Source: Phallusia mammillata
Taxonomy: Eukaryota
Direction: 5' to 3'
Assembly (NCBI GenBank): GCA_965637545.1
Contig: OZ281497.1
Coordinates: 28,830,001 to 28,894,000 of the forward strand
DNA length: 64,000 bases
Made by a program: the position numbers and the translations under genes. The notes below the pieces were generated by a model that made no database searches, had not been told where the DNA came from, and was given only the letters and a program-made list of their open reading frames with translations. Below are positions 12,327 to 24,300 of this stretch, piece after piece; position 1 is the first letter of the stretch, and each line of letters opens with the position of its first letter.

Positions 12327-15300
12327 ATGGCTGAACAAGGCGGCAGCGATGAAGATCAAATTCCACGTGTAAGCGTTGAGTGAATGACTTGGTAAATGCC
12401 AACGAATTTTACAATGTTGTTTTTGGAACAGACACCAAACGAAACAAGCCTGGACTCTATTGTAAACGTATTCACAGGAGACATTCACATACACGAGGCC
12501 GGCGCAGTAGAACAAGTTGGACAATTTGCACATTCGGGTAATTTAGAGCTTGTTTAAAGTGACATTGCGTTGCTTCCAATTCCAACACTATTTGTTGAAA
12601 TGATAACACACAGATGCCACATGGTGAATTTTGTGGTCCTAAATCATAATCTACATAATTCACGTAAAGATAACTCTGTGAAAATCGTGAGCGCTAATAT
12701 TTGTCTAACACAGCGGTTCCCAAACTTTTTCATTTTTTTTTCAAAACGGTCCCTTTGCCATTATTTTGAGGGCTCGCGGTCCTTGAGCCTAAATATGTAT
12801 TTCATAAATACGAAAGTTGATTTCAGGATTTTAGCTAGTTATGCAAAATTGCGCATAAAAGTCATCCAAACACAGCTTGTGACATCACAGACAAGACAAA
12901 TGCACTACAATTGTGCACGAACAATTACATTTTTGATAGTTGTCATTCAATAAAGACCATTGTTTAGCAATGGAGACAGTCGATTCTCAATTCTACTTTG
13001 ATTTAAACTTATTTAGTGGCACAAACTGACGCCAAATAAGATTATAGAATTACTTCAACCGCTTCGCGGTCCCCCCAAAATTGCTTCACGGACCCCTAAA
13101 GGACCGCGGACCCCAGTTTGGGAACCGCTGGTCTAACAGAAGTCTAACAAAAACTGAACAAAATCAAAAATTGAATGAAAAAAATTACTCCTTGTGCAAA
13201 ATCCCCATTCAAATTGTCTATTAAGTCATGATCCACTAACTGTGCCCTCCACTACTTTGCGCTTCTTAACATTTCAACGTTGCGTAGCTATTTTCGGCTT
13301 GCTGATTGTTTCAGTGCAAAGTTTACGTTATGTCCTCTTTTCACCGAGCAAATAAACTTAAAACACCATTTATTTTTAGATGCTGAGCGCCTGAAGCGAC
13401 AACTGCTAGATCATGCCGATTCGTGCGGGGATTTCCCACATCCGATACCCCTGGAGTGCGTCCCTCAAGTGGCTGAACTTGAACTAAGCAGCAAAATCTC
13501 CGCCAGTGAACGAGAAAGCGAAGGAGAACGAGCCAATATTAGAGACGGAGATATCCGTTTGGGAGATATTTTCGTCAGAGCAAAGGAAAAAACTGTTGCA
13601 GCGAGTCGGTGTAGATGCAGAAGCAACGTTGCTAGGAAACAGTTTGAAGAGAAACATGGAAACGTGGTGGGAGTGGTCGGCCAAGCGGGAATCGGAAAAA
13701 CTTTCCTAACCAAGATCTTCCTAGCGCAAGTGTTGCTGGGCTGCATCGTCCCTGTCGTTTCCTTTGTCTTTTACATTCCCGTGAGGAGGATCAACTTCTC
13801 GGATGAGACAAATCTTCTTCAGATGCTGGTGACTCCGTGTCTTCCGTCATGGAGGCACATCCGCTCTTCTGATGAGGATATTCTCATGTACATGAATGAC
13901 GACCCCAACGTTTTGATTATTTTCGATGGTTTGGACGAAGTTCCAGCAGTTTCTTTATCAGGCAGCGTCCACAATGTTTGCCTCTATGACAAAGCTCCAG
14001 CGCTTGTTTTCATCAAAAACATTCTGGGAGGAAACCTTCTCCCGCGGGCCAAGAAGCTAGTCACATGCCGTACGAGGCAATTTCTCGAGCTCGAAAGCGA
14101 GTTTCTTCCGATTTTGGTTGTTGAGATTCTTGGTTTTAGCTGCGAGACTCGAGACCGACTTTGTAGGGAAATATGCGGAAATGAAAAGTCTGCATTTGTG
14201 TTGGAAGTTTTAAACAGGAACCCAAGTCTAACTGCACAATGTCACGTCCCTGTAAACTGTGTGCTAATATTCGCTTACATGTTGGAAAACTTTGAGCGTG
14301 TTAGACTAAGCCCGATGCTTCCTATGTCGGATGTTTTAACGTCAACGTTTATGGATTTTTCGAGGTCTGCACACGCAAATAAGTCCCATTCAAATTTAAC
14401 TGAGGCGGATTTCAGGAATTTGAGCAAGTTTGCGTGGCAAATGATACGCGAGAAAAAGTTTTTGTTCGTCAAAACTGACTTTCAAGCCTTCAACCTTGAC
14501 GGGAAAAAGCTAGAAGCTTTTCTCACAACAACTATAACCAGGCAAACAAATATCAACATTCGTATCTTCGAGGGAGAAAAAAAGAGCTACTTTTCACATC
14601 TTATCTGGCAGGAATTTCTCTCTGCCGTTTACCTTATGGCAGTTTGCAGTCCAACCGACTTCGAGTTATGCCTTCCAGAGCTAAGCAAGGGCAGATGGGA
14701 AGTAGTGGCTAAATTTGTATTCGGTCTTTGCAACCAAATCACGTTTGAAATGCTCCAACCGATTTTCGACACGTCAGCAACCGACATTGCCACCAAGCGG
14801 TTAATGTTGGTCAACTTTCTCGAAAATCACATGCATCACTTTTCGACCCTTGATCCTTCACCCCAGTTTCTTCGCGTGTGCTCGTGGGCGTGTGAAGCGA
14901 ACCATGACGATATCGTCGCCGTGGTAACCGAATACATGCCTCTGGAGATTAAACTCAACGGGTCAATTCTCCCAACTGACGTCGTAGCGTTGTGTTACGT
15001 AATGAGAGCGTCATCGCGTGTTCGACCCCGCCAACCCGCTTTCCGGGCACTGCGGAGCTGTAGGTTTGTGGCTGATAGCTTCGAAAGACTGACTCAAGAA
15101 ATTGCGCATTCCATCAAGGTGATTTGATTCATTTTTATCCCGAATGTACAAACAATCCACACAATACCTCATAGACCACCAGACTGCTAAATTTCTTTTT
15201 GTAAGTTTTTTTTTCAAGTTTAGTCGCTGATGTAAATCACTGCGATCGTTTAAGTTTTGTATTTTGCAATTTGAAACTGAACCGGGGTGAGCGGGATTAG

Positions 15301-16632
15301 AACCACAACCTTTGCGACCACATTCACATCATCAGCGTTTTGTGATTCTTTTGTTGTATTTTGATTTTTTTCTCAGGTCACTTATTTCAATCTTTATCGC
15401 ATCGGAAACGACAAGGCTCGTCAACTTGCCAATTGCATCCACAACATTAGTGAGCTGAACATTTCACAATGCCTCATCACAGAAGAGGGTATGAGGTATC
15501 TGGCACAAGCCCTGGGGCGTATGGATCATCAGGTATAAGTGTGAGGGTCAAGTTTGACATTTTACTTTCGTTAATATGCTGCGTCACAATAATAGACATT
15601 AAATCTATTTAGATTACAAAAAAAGCAGGAAAAATGACTGAAAGCAACAGTAAAAACCCGGTCCATAAATATAGATTCACTTATTTATGATTTGTTACCA
15701 GATATTAATTCAAAAAGTTTTTGGGGATGACAGCCTTCTAACTTTATTTAATAGACAAAGGTCGAATGTAGCCAAAGCTTTTATTCACTTAGCCGGTGAA
15801 GTTAATTAAGTTCAATTGCAGATACAAAGTCACACCAAAACATTGGATGAATAATGTTCGACCACCAATTCAATAAGAAAAGCGGTTTTGTGTAAGCTAG
15901 AAAGTTGACGTCAGCTTTATTTTTACACAGATTGAACACATCAACCTGGGCAACAATTACATCGGACTCGAAGGATGCCGTCATCTGGCGCAATGTCTCG
16001 AAAAAGTCCAAGAGCTCAACCTGAGGCAATGTCAATTGAATGATGAATGTGTGGCGGTCTTGGTGGATGGAACTCGGGCGTCTACAATGCCGGTGAGTAT
16101 TCAATTTTGAAAAAAAGTTAACTTACTTGGCAAAGCGGTAGGGTATAAATCTTGTCAATGTCAACCTATTAGAGGTGGGAAATATTGAAGAAGAATCCAA
16201 TTGCGTGAAAATAGAGAAAAGGATAAGTGGGTTGAATAACTGAGTCAGAAAAGGCGCCAGAAAGGAAAACAAAAAAGACTGAGATTTCGAATACCAGGTC
16301 AAGGTCAACAAGCAAATTCCACGGTGGTTTGGTGCACCCAGAGTAACCAACTTTTAGGGGAGGTGGTGGTTATCAGTCGAGGGGTGCTAGAAGCTAAGAA
16401 CCCATGATTTAGAATTAAGACTTAAAGTATTTGTTCAACGCAGCTAAAGCTATTGGATCTTTCTCTCAACGACATTACTGATATGGGCGCTCGTCTCTTG
16501 ATTCCAGTACTTCACAAAATTATCAACATCAACTTGGCCATGTGCAATATATCCGATGCCGTAGCGTTGGAAATAAGAGAAAAGCGGAGACAAGTTGGTC
16601 TGGATGAAGAATGTGGACTCGTTACTTTATAA
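12327..16632 (+). CDS. NLR (NACHT + ribonuclease-inhibitor-type LRRs), 797 aa, short N-terminus without a death fold
   Basis: Exons 12327-12368, 12432-12537, 13380-15118, 15377-15532, 15931-16092, 16444-16632 (stop TAA 16630-16632), all phase-consistent, with an in-frame TAA at 12300-12302 upstream of the ATG. Walker A GQAGIGKT, Walker B IIFDGLDE, sensor-1 LVTCR, winged-helix FSHLIWQEF, HD2 WEVVAKFVFGL, and three LRR exons of about two repeats each. The NACHT and LRR exons are very secure; the two small 5' exons are inferred from splice-phase fit. Confidence 0.9.
12711..13130. mobile_element. hAT (Charlie-like) MITE, 420 bp, in NLR intron 2
   Basis: Perfect 16-bp TIRs CAGCGGTTCCCAAACT / AGTTTGGGAACCGCTG and a perfect 8-bp TSD GTCTAACA (12703-12710, 13131-13138). 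No transposase ORF. Confidence 0.95.
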
Positions 16633-18302
16633 ATTTCCCCGCTTTGTGAGATTTGTTAAGTAGAACGTTTTTGTTCCTACTACAATCGTTTTTGGAGTTT
16701 CATATCAATTTATCAAGGTGTTCATGTTTTGATTTGCAGATATTTATTTGTTAAAACGAAGGAAAAACCTAAGCGAGAGATTTTAAACAAAATTTTATTT
16801 CGATTTTATGCGTTCATTTTATGTTTTTTTGCAGTTTTTGATTCGTATTTTTGTACTTTTCTATTGTTGTGTTTAATACTTGTTGGTTGGCCAATAAACT
16901 GGCCCCAAGACATGGTCAATTGCAAACGACGATAGAAAACAAATTTTAAAAAAAAATACTGACGATAACCAGGTTTTACTTTTGTTACGGTTTGAGTTCA
17001 GTCATTGAATTAAAATATTACTGATAAAGTAAACATAATACAGTTACATAAAACATCAATAAAAAACACACAAAATAATTGAACCACTCAAAAACGTTTT
17101 TGCTCCTTGCCAGGATATTTTATGGAAATCAAATCATTTACTTGCAACGAACTTGTGGGGTTAAGAGTTTAAAGAACGATGTCGAGTAGTTTTCGCAGAA
17201 ACACAGCAGTTTCAAGTTCCATCCGATTTGGCATCAAACGAATCTTTAGACCGTTTTGAAGCGCAATAAAAATGCATGTTACAAATGCCAACCTAACTTA
17301 AAATATACGACGTTTTTTTGCAAACAACATGATTGCGCAGTAAATTTATAAACGCAATTGTAAAAGTTACAAACTGTACAAAACACAGTCATAAAAAAAC
17401 AAACAGAAACTGTAGGCAAAATTGAATACAGCAAAACAACAACAAAAACGGTGGCACAGACGCAACTTGCTACAGATGTGTGTCTGTTAGGTTTATTCTT
17501 GTGTTATTAACCGGTGTGTCCGTTTGTTCATCTTCATCAAACTAAAAAATAACAAAAAACAAAGTCAGTTTAAATCAAACATGTAATGTACAACAAATAT
17601 TGCTCTTCTAGTGTTGAAAGCAAGCAATTGTTAATCTAATATACCTGGCAACAGTTTATTTAAATATTGTTGTGTTCTTTTACGAACTGCAGCATACGAG
17701 GCAGGCAATGGTGCTTGTGATTCGACTTTTTGTGGGCTTACCACCGAGTCTGTGTAGCTCAGTTGGCAAAGCGCCAGCCTAATGTGATATGTGATATTTT
17801 GGCTAATGTGATAAACTGATAATATTTGACAGACTAGGTTGATCGATACCAAACTTTAATATAAGCCTGGTGCAATATGGTGTTCCTTTTCTATTATTAG
17901 ACACATTTAAACGTTTCACGTTGGAGTCAAACCGTCTTGGTAATAGAGTCCTAATTTGGAATTTAAAATGGTGCCAGTAAATAATTTTCGTAAAGAATAA
18001 CATAAAAAATTTACCCGAGAACTTACAGATAACAGATAAACAAAACAGCAGTGAAATACTTACATGTATATTGCTCCAGTCAGCAATCGGAAAGCGTAGG
18101 AAATAAAATAACGACGATAACAATAATTAGCGTCACATTGTAATTCAACAAAAGCTGATTATAAGTCGCGTGTAAAAACTTGGTAAGGTAAGACCCCTAA
18201 AAGTCCAAGCAAATTTTACTTCTTTTTTTACGATGTATATAAAGTAATATTTGGAGGCAACGAAATTTGGATGGAGCAAATTGCAATTATGTTTTCAAGG
18301 AC

Positions 18303-21300
18303 TTATATCACTGTGTAAGGTCCATCTTTCTCATAGTAGTAGGTTATCGGCATTCCTCGCTCTTTCCTTCTACGGATGTAAACCCTATGTTCAGGTCTAC
18401 GTTGCGTCATCGGTAAATACGCCATTTTAGCTGACGTCACTGCCATGTCGTCATCGCAAGAAACTTCGTCATCACTTACATTGTAATTTACAGGGTCGGT
18501 GGGGTATCGGTCGCTTTGCGGTAAGCGAACTCTATCGACCCTGTAATCTGCGAAATTGACCCGTTTTCGACTTACGTTGCTGACCAATCCGCTGTCGCCA
18601 CGTCCATTCCCGCGCTTTTCAAATCCGTGCGGTTGACCAATGTAAGCGATGCTGTCGTCGTACACGCGCTCCCATTGGTCGTCGCACTCGATCACGTGTT
18701 TTTCATTGCCGAACATTGATTGGTCGAAACTGATGTCCTGAGGAACGATCACATGACCGTCCACCGATCCGCGGCGGTGAAGCGGAACGAGACCACGTGA
18801 CCTACTGGATCCGCTCTGATGAACACAATGAACATTATATTGTCTTTAGTTTAGAAAACATTTTGTTTTCTTTGGCCGAAAGTCGTTCATTTAATTAACA
18901 TAAAATTTGCCGGTTAACGGTTTTTTGACAAAACGTTCACATAAACAACTTACATTTAAGCTGTAATTATGACGTCGATACGGAGGTAAGGTCGTACCCA
19001 AAATGTCACCACTAGGAGGCACTCTGCGACCAGAAGGTGGCGCCTTGAGCGGGGTTCTTTGCCTCTCTGGTGCTCTCATGCGGCGCAGCACGATAAGTAA
19101 AATAGCAAACAACATCACCACGACAACCGCCACCATGGCAACGATAAACCAAATGTTCTTGTAAATAGGAAGTTGGGCGGCGTTGAGGTCAGGGCGCCCA
19201 CTACCGGAATTATCGTCCGACGGAGTCGTCTCTAAACTTGGGACGAGGACTCCTAAAAGTAAGTTATTCGGTTTAAATGCGATGTTTGACAAAATATAAA
19301 TTCAAAACACTGGTTCCGTGATTGGAGAGAGCAAATAGTTCAGACTGGACTGCGTAATTAAAGAGCCTGGTTAAAAACACTATGATTTAGCATGTGTAAA
19401 GTAAGTGCATTTTATTTGAAACGTTTTAATTAAATGTAGGTTATGCGTTTCTCAGTAAATGTTGTGAAACATCTGTTCTCGAATATATAGGTTGCATCAT
19501 TTTAACTGGCCATATTTCAGTAAGTTATGGAGTAGAATGGCAAAGCTGTCGGCGTAGGCAAAAATTCTCACCTGTACCGATGCCTCCCTTCGTTGTATCG
19601 TATAAAAGTGTCGGGGTTTGTGCCGAACCGGTGTCAGTATAAACTTTCACTTTGAAGCGATGCACTGCAAGGCAAAACAGAAATTAAACTTTTATGTAAG
19701 ACAAGGTTCTACGGCCTAAATATATTTCATTTTTGCCACAAAGTTAAAGTTAAATTAAAAAAAATTCAAAAATGTGAACAATATGGCACATACATGTTTG
19801 GCAAGCCAACGCTTCAAATCATATACACAAAACTTAGGGTTTTCATAAAAACTACCCCCACCTTTTAATCCGGTTCTCCTGAGGTAAAAGCCAGATTCGA
19901 ACCCGGAATAAATAATTTCGTCTCCATCTGTCACCTCGTACCGTTCGAGGGCACTGTTGAGCACAAACGACATCGGCCAGCGGAGGGCGATAAAGCTGAT
20001 GTTGCTAACGGCAACAAACGGAGCAACGTATGATGGGTCTGAGAAATAACATGTTTTGTTAAAGCTAACTGGATTCGAAAATAGTGGTACATGATGCATC
20101 TACACTGTTCTTGTGAATTTGTGCTGTTCACAAAAAACTGGGATATTGTGAACCCATCACAACTGGTGAAGGTTGGTTAGTGAAACTAGAAGAGGTAACC
20201 CTTAAAACTGTAAATCACAGTACGCCAGGCCCATTGAAGGCGCCAAACCAGATCAGCAGGTCACCAAGCATTCACCACCATATGACAAGGCGTTGGCTAG
20301 AAAAATCTTGCCTGCGGTGGGATTCAAACCCACGATAGGAGTCTTTCCCTTAAAACCAGTGGTGGGATTAAAATTTTTTGTCAGCCGGTTCTATCACAAA
20401 AGTCATATTTTTCAGCCGGTTCCGTTACACAAAGTCCATTGACAGTTACCAGTAGTGCTAACCGGTTCGCTGATCTCATAAAATATTGTGAGCCGGTCCT
20501 GTAGAACTGGTGCGAACCGGCTGAATCCCACCACTTCTTAAAACTACACACTCTTTTAGGAAAGGATGGGGTTCGACAGAAAGAAATTACGGGAAATAAT
20601 TCTTTTGGTTATAAATAGACAAATTTGTGGTACTCAAATTTTGAGTTTGCAAACCTACCACAGTCTTTCAGCTAAAAGTCTCATCGCAAACGTATTAGTA
20701 TTGTAAAACAAACCTTTTCAAATGAAAAATAAAACATATGGCCCGCAAAGGTTATAAAACTACGTCTTTTTTCCAATAATCTGTCTATACACCAACGGAA
20801 TATATTTTACGTTAATTTGTTTTCTATGGAACACGAGACAGAGCAACAAACAGCATTACATTTCACAGATTACGAAAAAAAACGATATTAACCAGTGGCC
20901 GTATATAAACCTTTCTCTCACCCAGTTTAGCAGTAACAGCCGTTTCCCAATCCGATTCCACATTCCCGTAATCATTATATGACCGAACTTTAAAGTCGTA
21001 TCGAGTGTAAGAAACGAGACTTCGAACGATTTTATTGTGACGTAGGCCCGAGTAGTCGATCTGGGATGACCCAACAGCGCACTCTTGTGGAAAGGGTTGT
21101 AGAGGTGGAGGGCAACTTTTTCGGTAATAAAGTTCGTACCTGAAAATATGTTGCAAAAAGTATTGTACATGAATTTCAAAATTGAAAAGGACTCGGTATA
21201 ACATACAGTATTTTACTCGTTAAAAAAACAAGATTTTTATTAGCAGTGTTTTTCACTTTTCCTTAATTTTCCTTTTGTTATTGTTGAAATTATCGGAATT

Positions 21301-24300
21301 TCGAGGCATTATCAAAGGCACTTCAGTCAAGAAAACACGAAAGGTAAAATGGATCCAAACAGACTTGATCAGAAACCGAAGTTTCAACTGAGGCAAAAAT
21401 CAAACCCAGGACCCAGATCTTACCTTGTAATATTTCCGTTCGGGTGTTGTGGAGCGCTCCACCTAACGGTGAGATTTCCACTTCTTATGTCAACAACAAT
21501 CGGCGCATCCTGACCGCTGGGTGGCGCAGGGAGAGTAGTGACGTAGGCGGGAGGGCCGCGTGTGCACAACGACTCAAACGTGCACATTTCTATGGTGAAC
21601 TGGTATGAGGTGTACGGCTTGAGGGCGACGATGGTTTGATCAGCACCAACCCCTCTGCTCACCTGTGATTGGTGGAAGTAGTCACGTGGTTTATTAAATA
21701 CTCAAAGTCGAAATCAGGAGCAAAAAAATTCTGCAATATTTTGTTGCCACTTTTGTCTTGTCAATAGAATGATGTCAGGTAAAGATATCGTCAAAGTGTG
21801 TTAAGGTTTACCACAGGCCTTAACTAGTACAACAAAATTAAACCTTAAAATTTAGGAATATTCACACAGTAAGTAACTTAATCGAAAACAAAACTGCCAG
21901 AGAGCTTAAAAATACATTTTAATGTAGACCATCATAATATGGGGAATTTCTCTGTTGCTGGCGGTTAAAAAGGTAACAGAACTGTTGTCATAATCACTGA
22001 AAGTTTTGTTTGTCAAATTACTATTGCTACTAAAAGTTAAGTGTAATCGCTGTAGCCACAATTTCCCACCATTTTTGCCGCTTCGTCACTTTCATTGACT
22101 TTCATGAACACGTGATAAAACCGGATGAGCCCGTTTGCCACTTCCGGTTCAGCGGCGATCATACGCACGGATCGTGACGTCACTTCCTGAAATTGCGGCG
22201 CGGGTACGCCCTCTGGTGATGACTCTCCGGACCGAAACGGAGACGACCATTTACTAGGGGCTTTCCCTGCAGTGTTCATCGAAACCACCTTGTATTGATA
22301 TTGAGTGTAGGGAAGTAGGTCATAATCTGCATGAAAGTAGTAATTGTTTTAAGATACAGCTGCAGGGTTTTTCAAAGGTTTTTATATACCACCCTTAACA
22401 GCTTGGTAAATTAAAAGCACCCTTAACTAATTACGAACTACTGTTACGTGTTTAAATATAAGGTCAAAACAGATTTATAATATCTATTTATTTGATTCTA
22501 AGCACTTGTTCTGTTCAAAAATGCAATTTTAAATATATAACATGCAATTTGATAGATTCAATTTTTGCAGATGTTCAACAATCTGCAACGAAAACAATTA
22601 TTTGTACCTGAATACGAATGTTCAGTTGTGTTGATAATCAGTTTCGGTTCAAGCGATTCCCCTCCCCGCCTCGTCTCAATTAAACGACGGCGGAAAATCT
22701 GGTAACCGGTTATTTCACCATGTCGGTCGTTAGGTGGCGCCCACGTGAGTTCAAGAGTCACCTGGCAACAAAAAGAAACAACTGACATGAAGGAATGCTT
22801 GAAAACACTATTATTACAAATAAGAAAAAAACCCACAACGCCTGGCAAACAAGGAGCAGATAGGAAGATTGACAGGATGCGTTTACAAAATAACAATATT
22901 TTTTACACTTTTTACAGTACGGTGTAACGGCAGCGCGTTAAGCCTCCATCCACCAATTGTGCCCTTTATTGTTTTGCACTTCATAACGTTTTAGCGTTGC
23001 GCTATTTCAGACTTGGTGATTGTTTCAGTGCAATTACGTTGCTATGTGTTATTTTACTAAGCGAAATAAACACAACGCAATAATACTAACACACAAAACC
23101 TAAATCTAACACAATAAAAAACATAAAGCTTCTAAAATTTCACACAAAATGAAACATATTGAGCGGGCAGCTATAACTACACAAGGAACAGTTTAATTAA
23201 CCAAAACAGACAAAAGTAACAAACCTACTAATTAATATGAACTTCAAATGACAATGAAATGTGTACAGACAATCGGTCGTGCATTTGGTAAATGGCGGGA
23301 GATTTAAAATAGTCACCTGATCACGTTGAGGTAACGTGACTGTAGGAGGCATCTGATTGGCTGGTGGTGCTTCCATGGTTCGTTGTAGAGCTCGTCTGCT
23401 CATCACACATCCCTGTTGTGTACAGGCTTGCATCCAAAACATGTATTCCTTGAAAAACTTTAAACCGCGAACTTCGAAGGAGAATGTTGTGCCGGGAAAA
23501 TCAAACGACTGTAGAAGAACAAGAAACAGATTGGAATTTCAACAAAACAATTTGTGTTTTTTTATCGGTCATTATAATGTAAAAATACAAAGTAGTGAAT
23601 AAAAACGAAAAACAACCACATAAAATTATTAAAAAGTAGTTACTGGAAACAAATAAACAAACAAGAAAGAATGTCAAGTCACCTACACCTAATATCCAAC
23701 TAAAGATGATTGGGATATCTTTGTGTGATATATTGTGTTTATCCCAATAACATTGTAACAAATACCAACAGTGGTTCCCAACCTTTTTCGACAAATTCCT
23801 CCCTTAATAATTTGAAACTTTTTCATTCCTCCCTGATATACTACAAACCATTAAAAGATCCTTTATTATTGGGTCTTTTATCAAATTTTCTATTTACAAA
23901 CCACATTAAAGTTAATTCCTTCCCTTAAGCTAGGAGGGAATCCTATCCGGGTTGGGAATCACTGCTCTGAAGTGACCCTCTACAGTCTACACAACGCAAC
24001 TTTGATCAACAAAAAATTGCTGCAAGGTAAAAAAATGGACATGGCATAATACGAGTCATTGAAGTAAAATGCACTCGACTGGTGTTGGTAAACAAAATTT
24101 TAGAAGAAAGTTTAACTTAAAATCAACTTACCCTCTGACTTCTGGTGGTAACTTCTCTCACGTAAAGGGAATAATTCGCAATCACCCCGTTGGGGTTCGC
24201 GGGACTTTCCCATTCTACTCGGACCGACGACGATGAAGTTGGGGTGAGGGTGGGTCGGGAAAGTCCCGAGGGTGAAGAGGGGTCAGTGGTTTCCGAAATG

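Noticed and set aside
13280-13379. First 33 codons of the 615-aa ORF (TTG start)
   Set aside because: They lie upstream of a clear acceptor (TTTTTAG 13379) and are intronic; the real N-terminus comes from exons at 12327-12537.
16123-18123. ORFs in NLR intron 5 and in the convergent 3' region between the NLR and usherin
   Set aside because: AT-rich intron, UTR or intergenic sequence with no coding signature.
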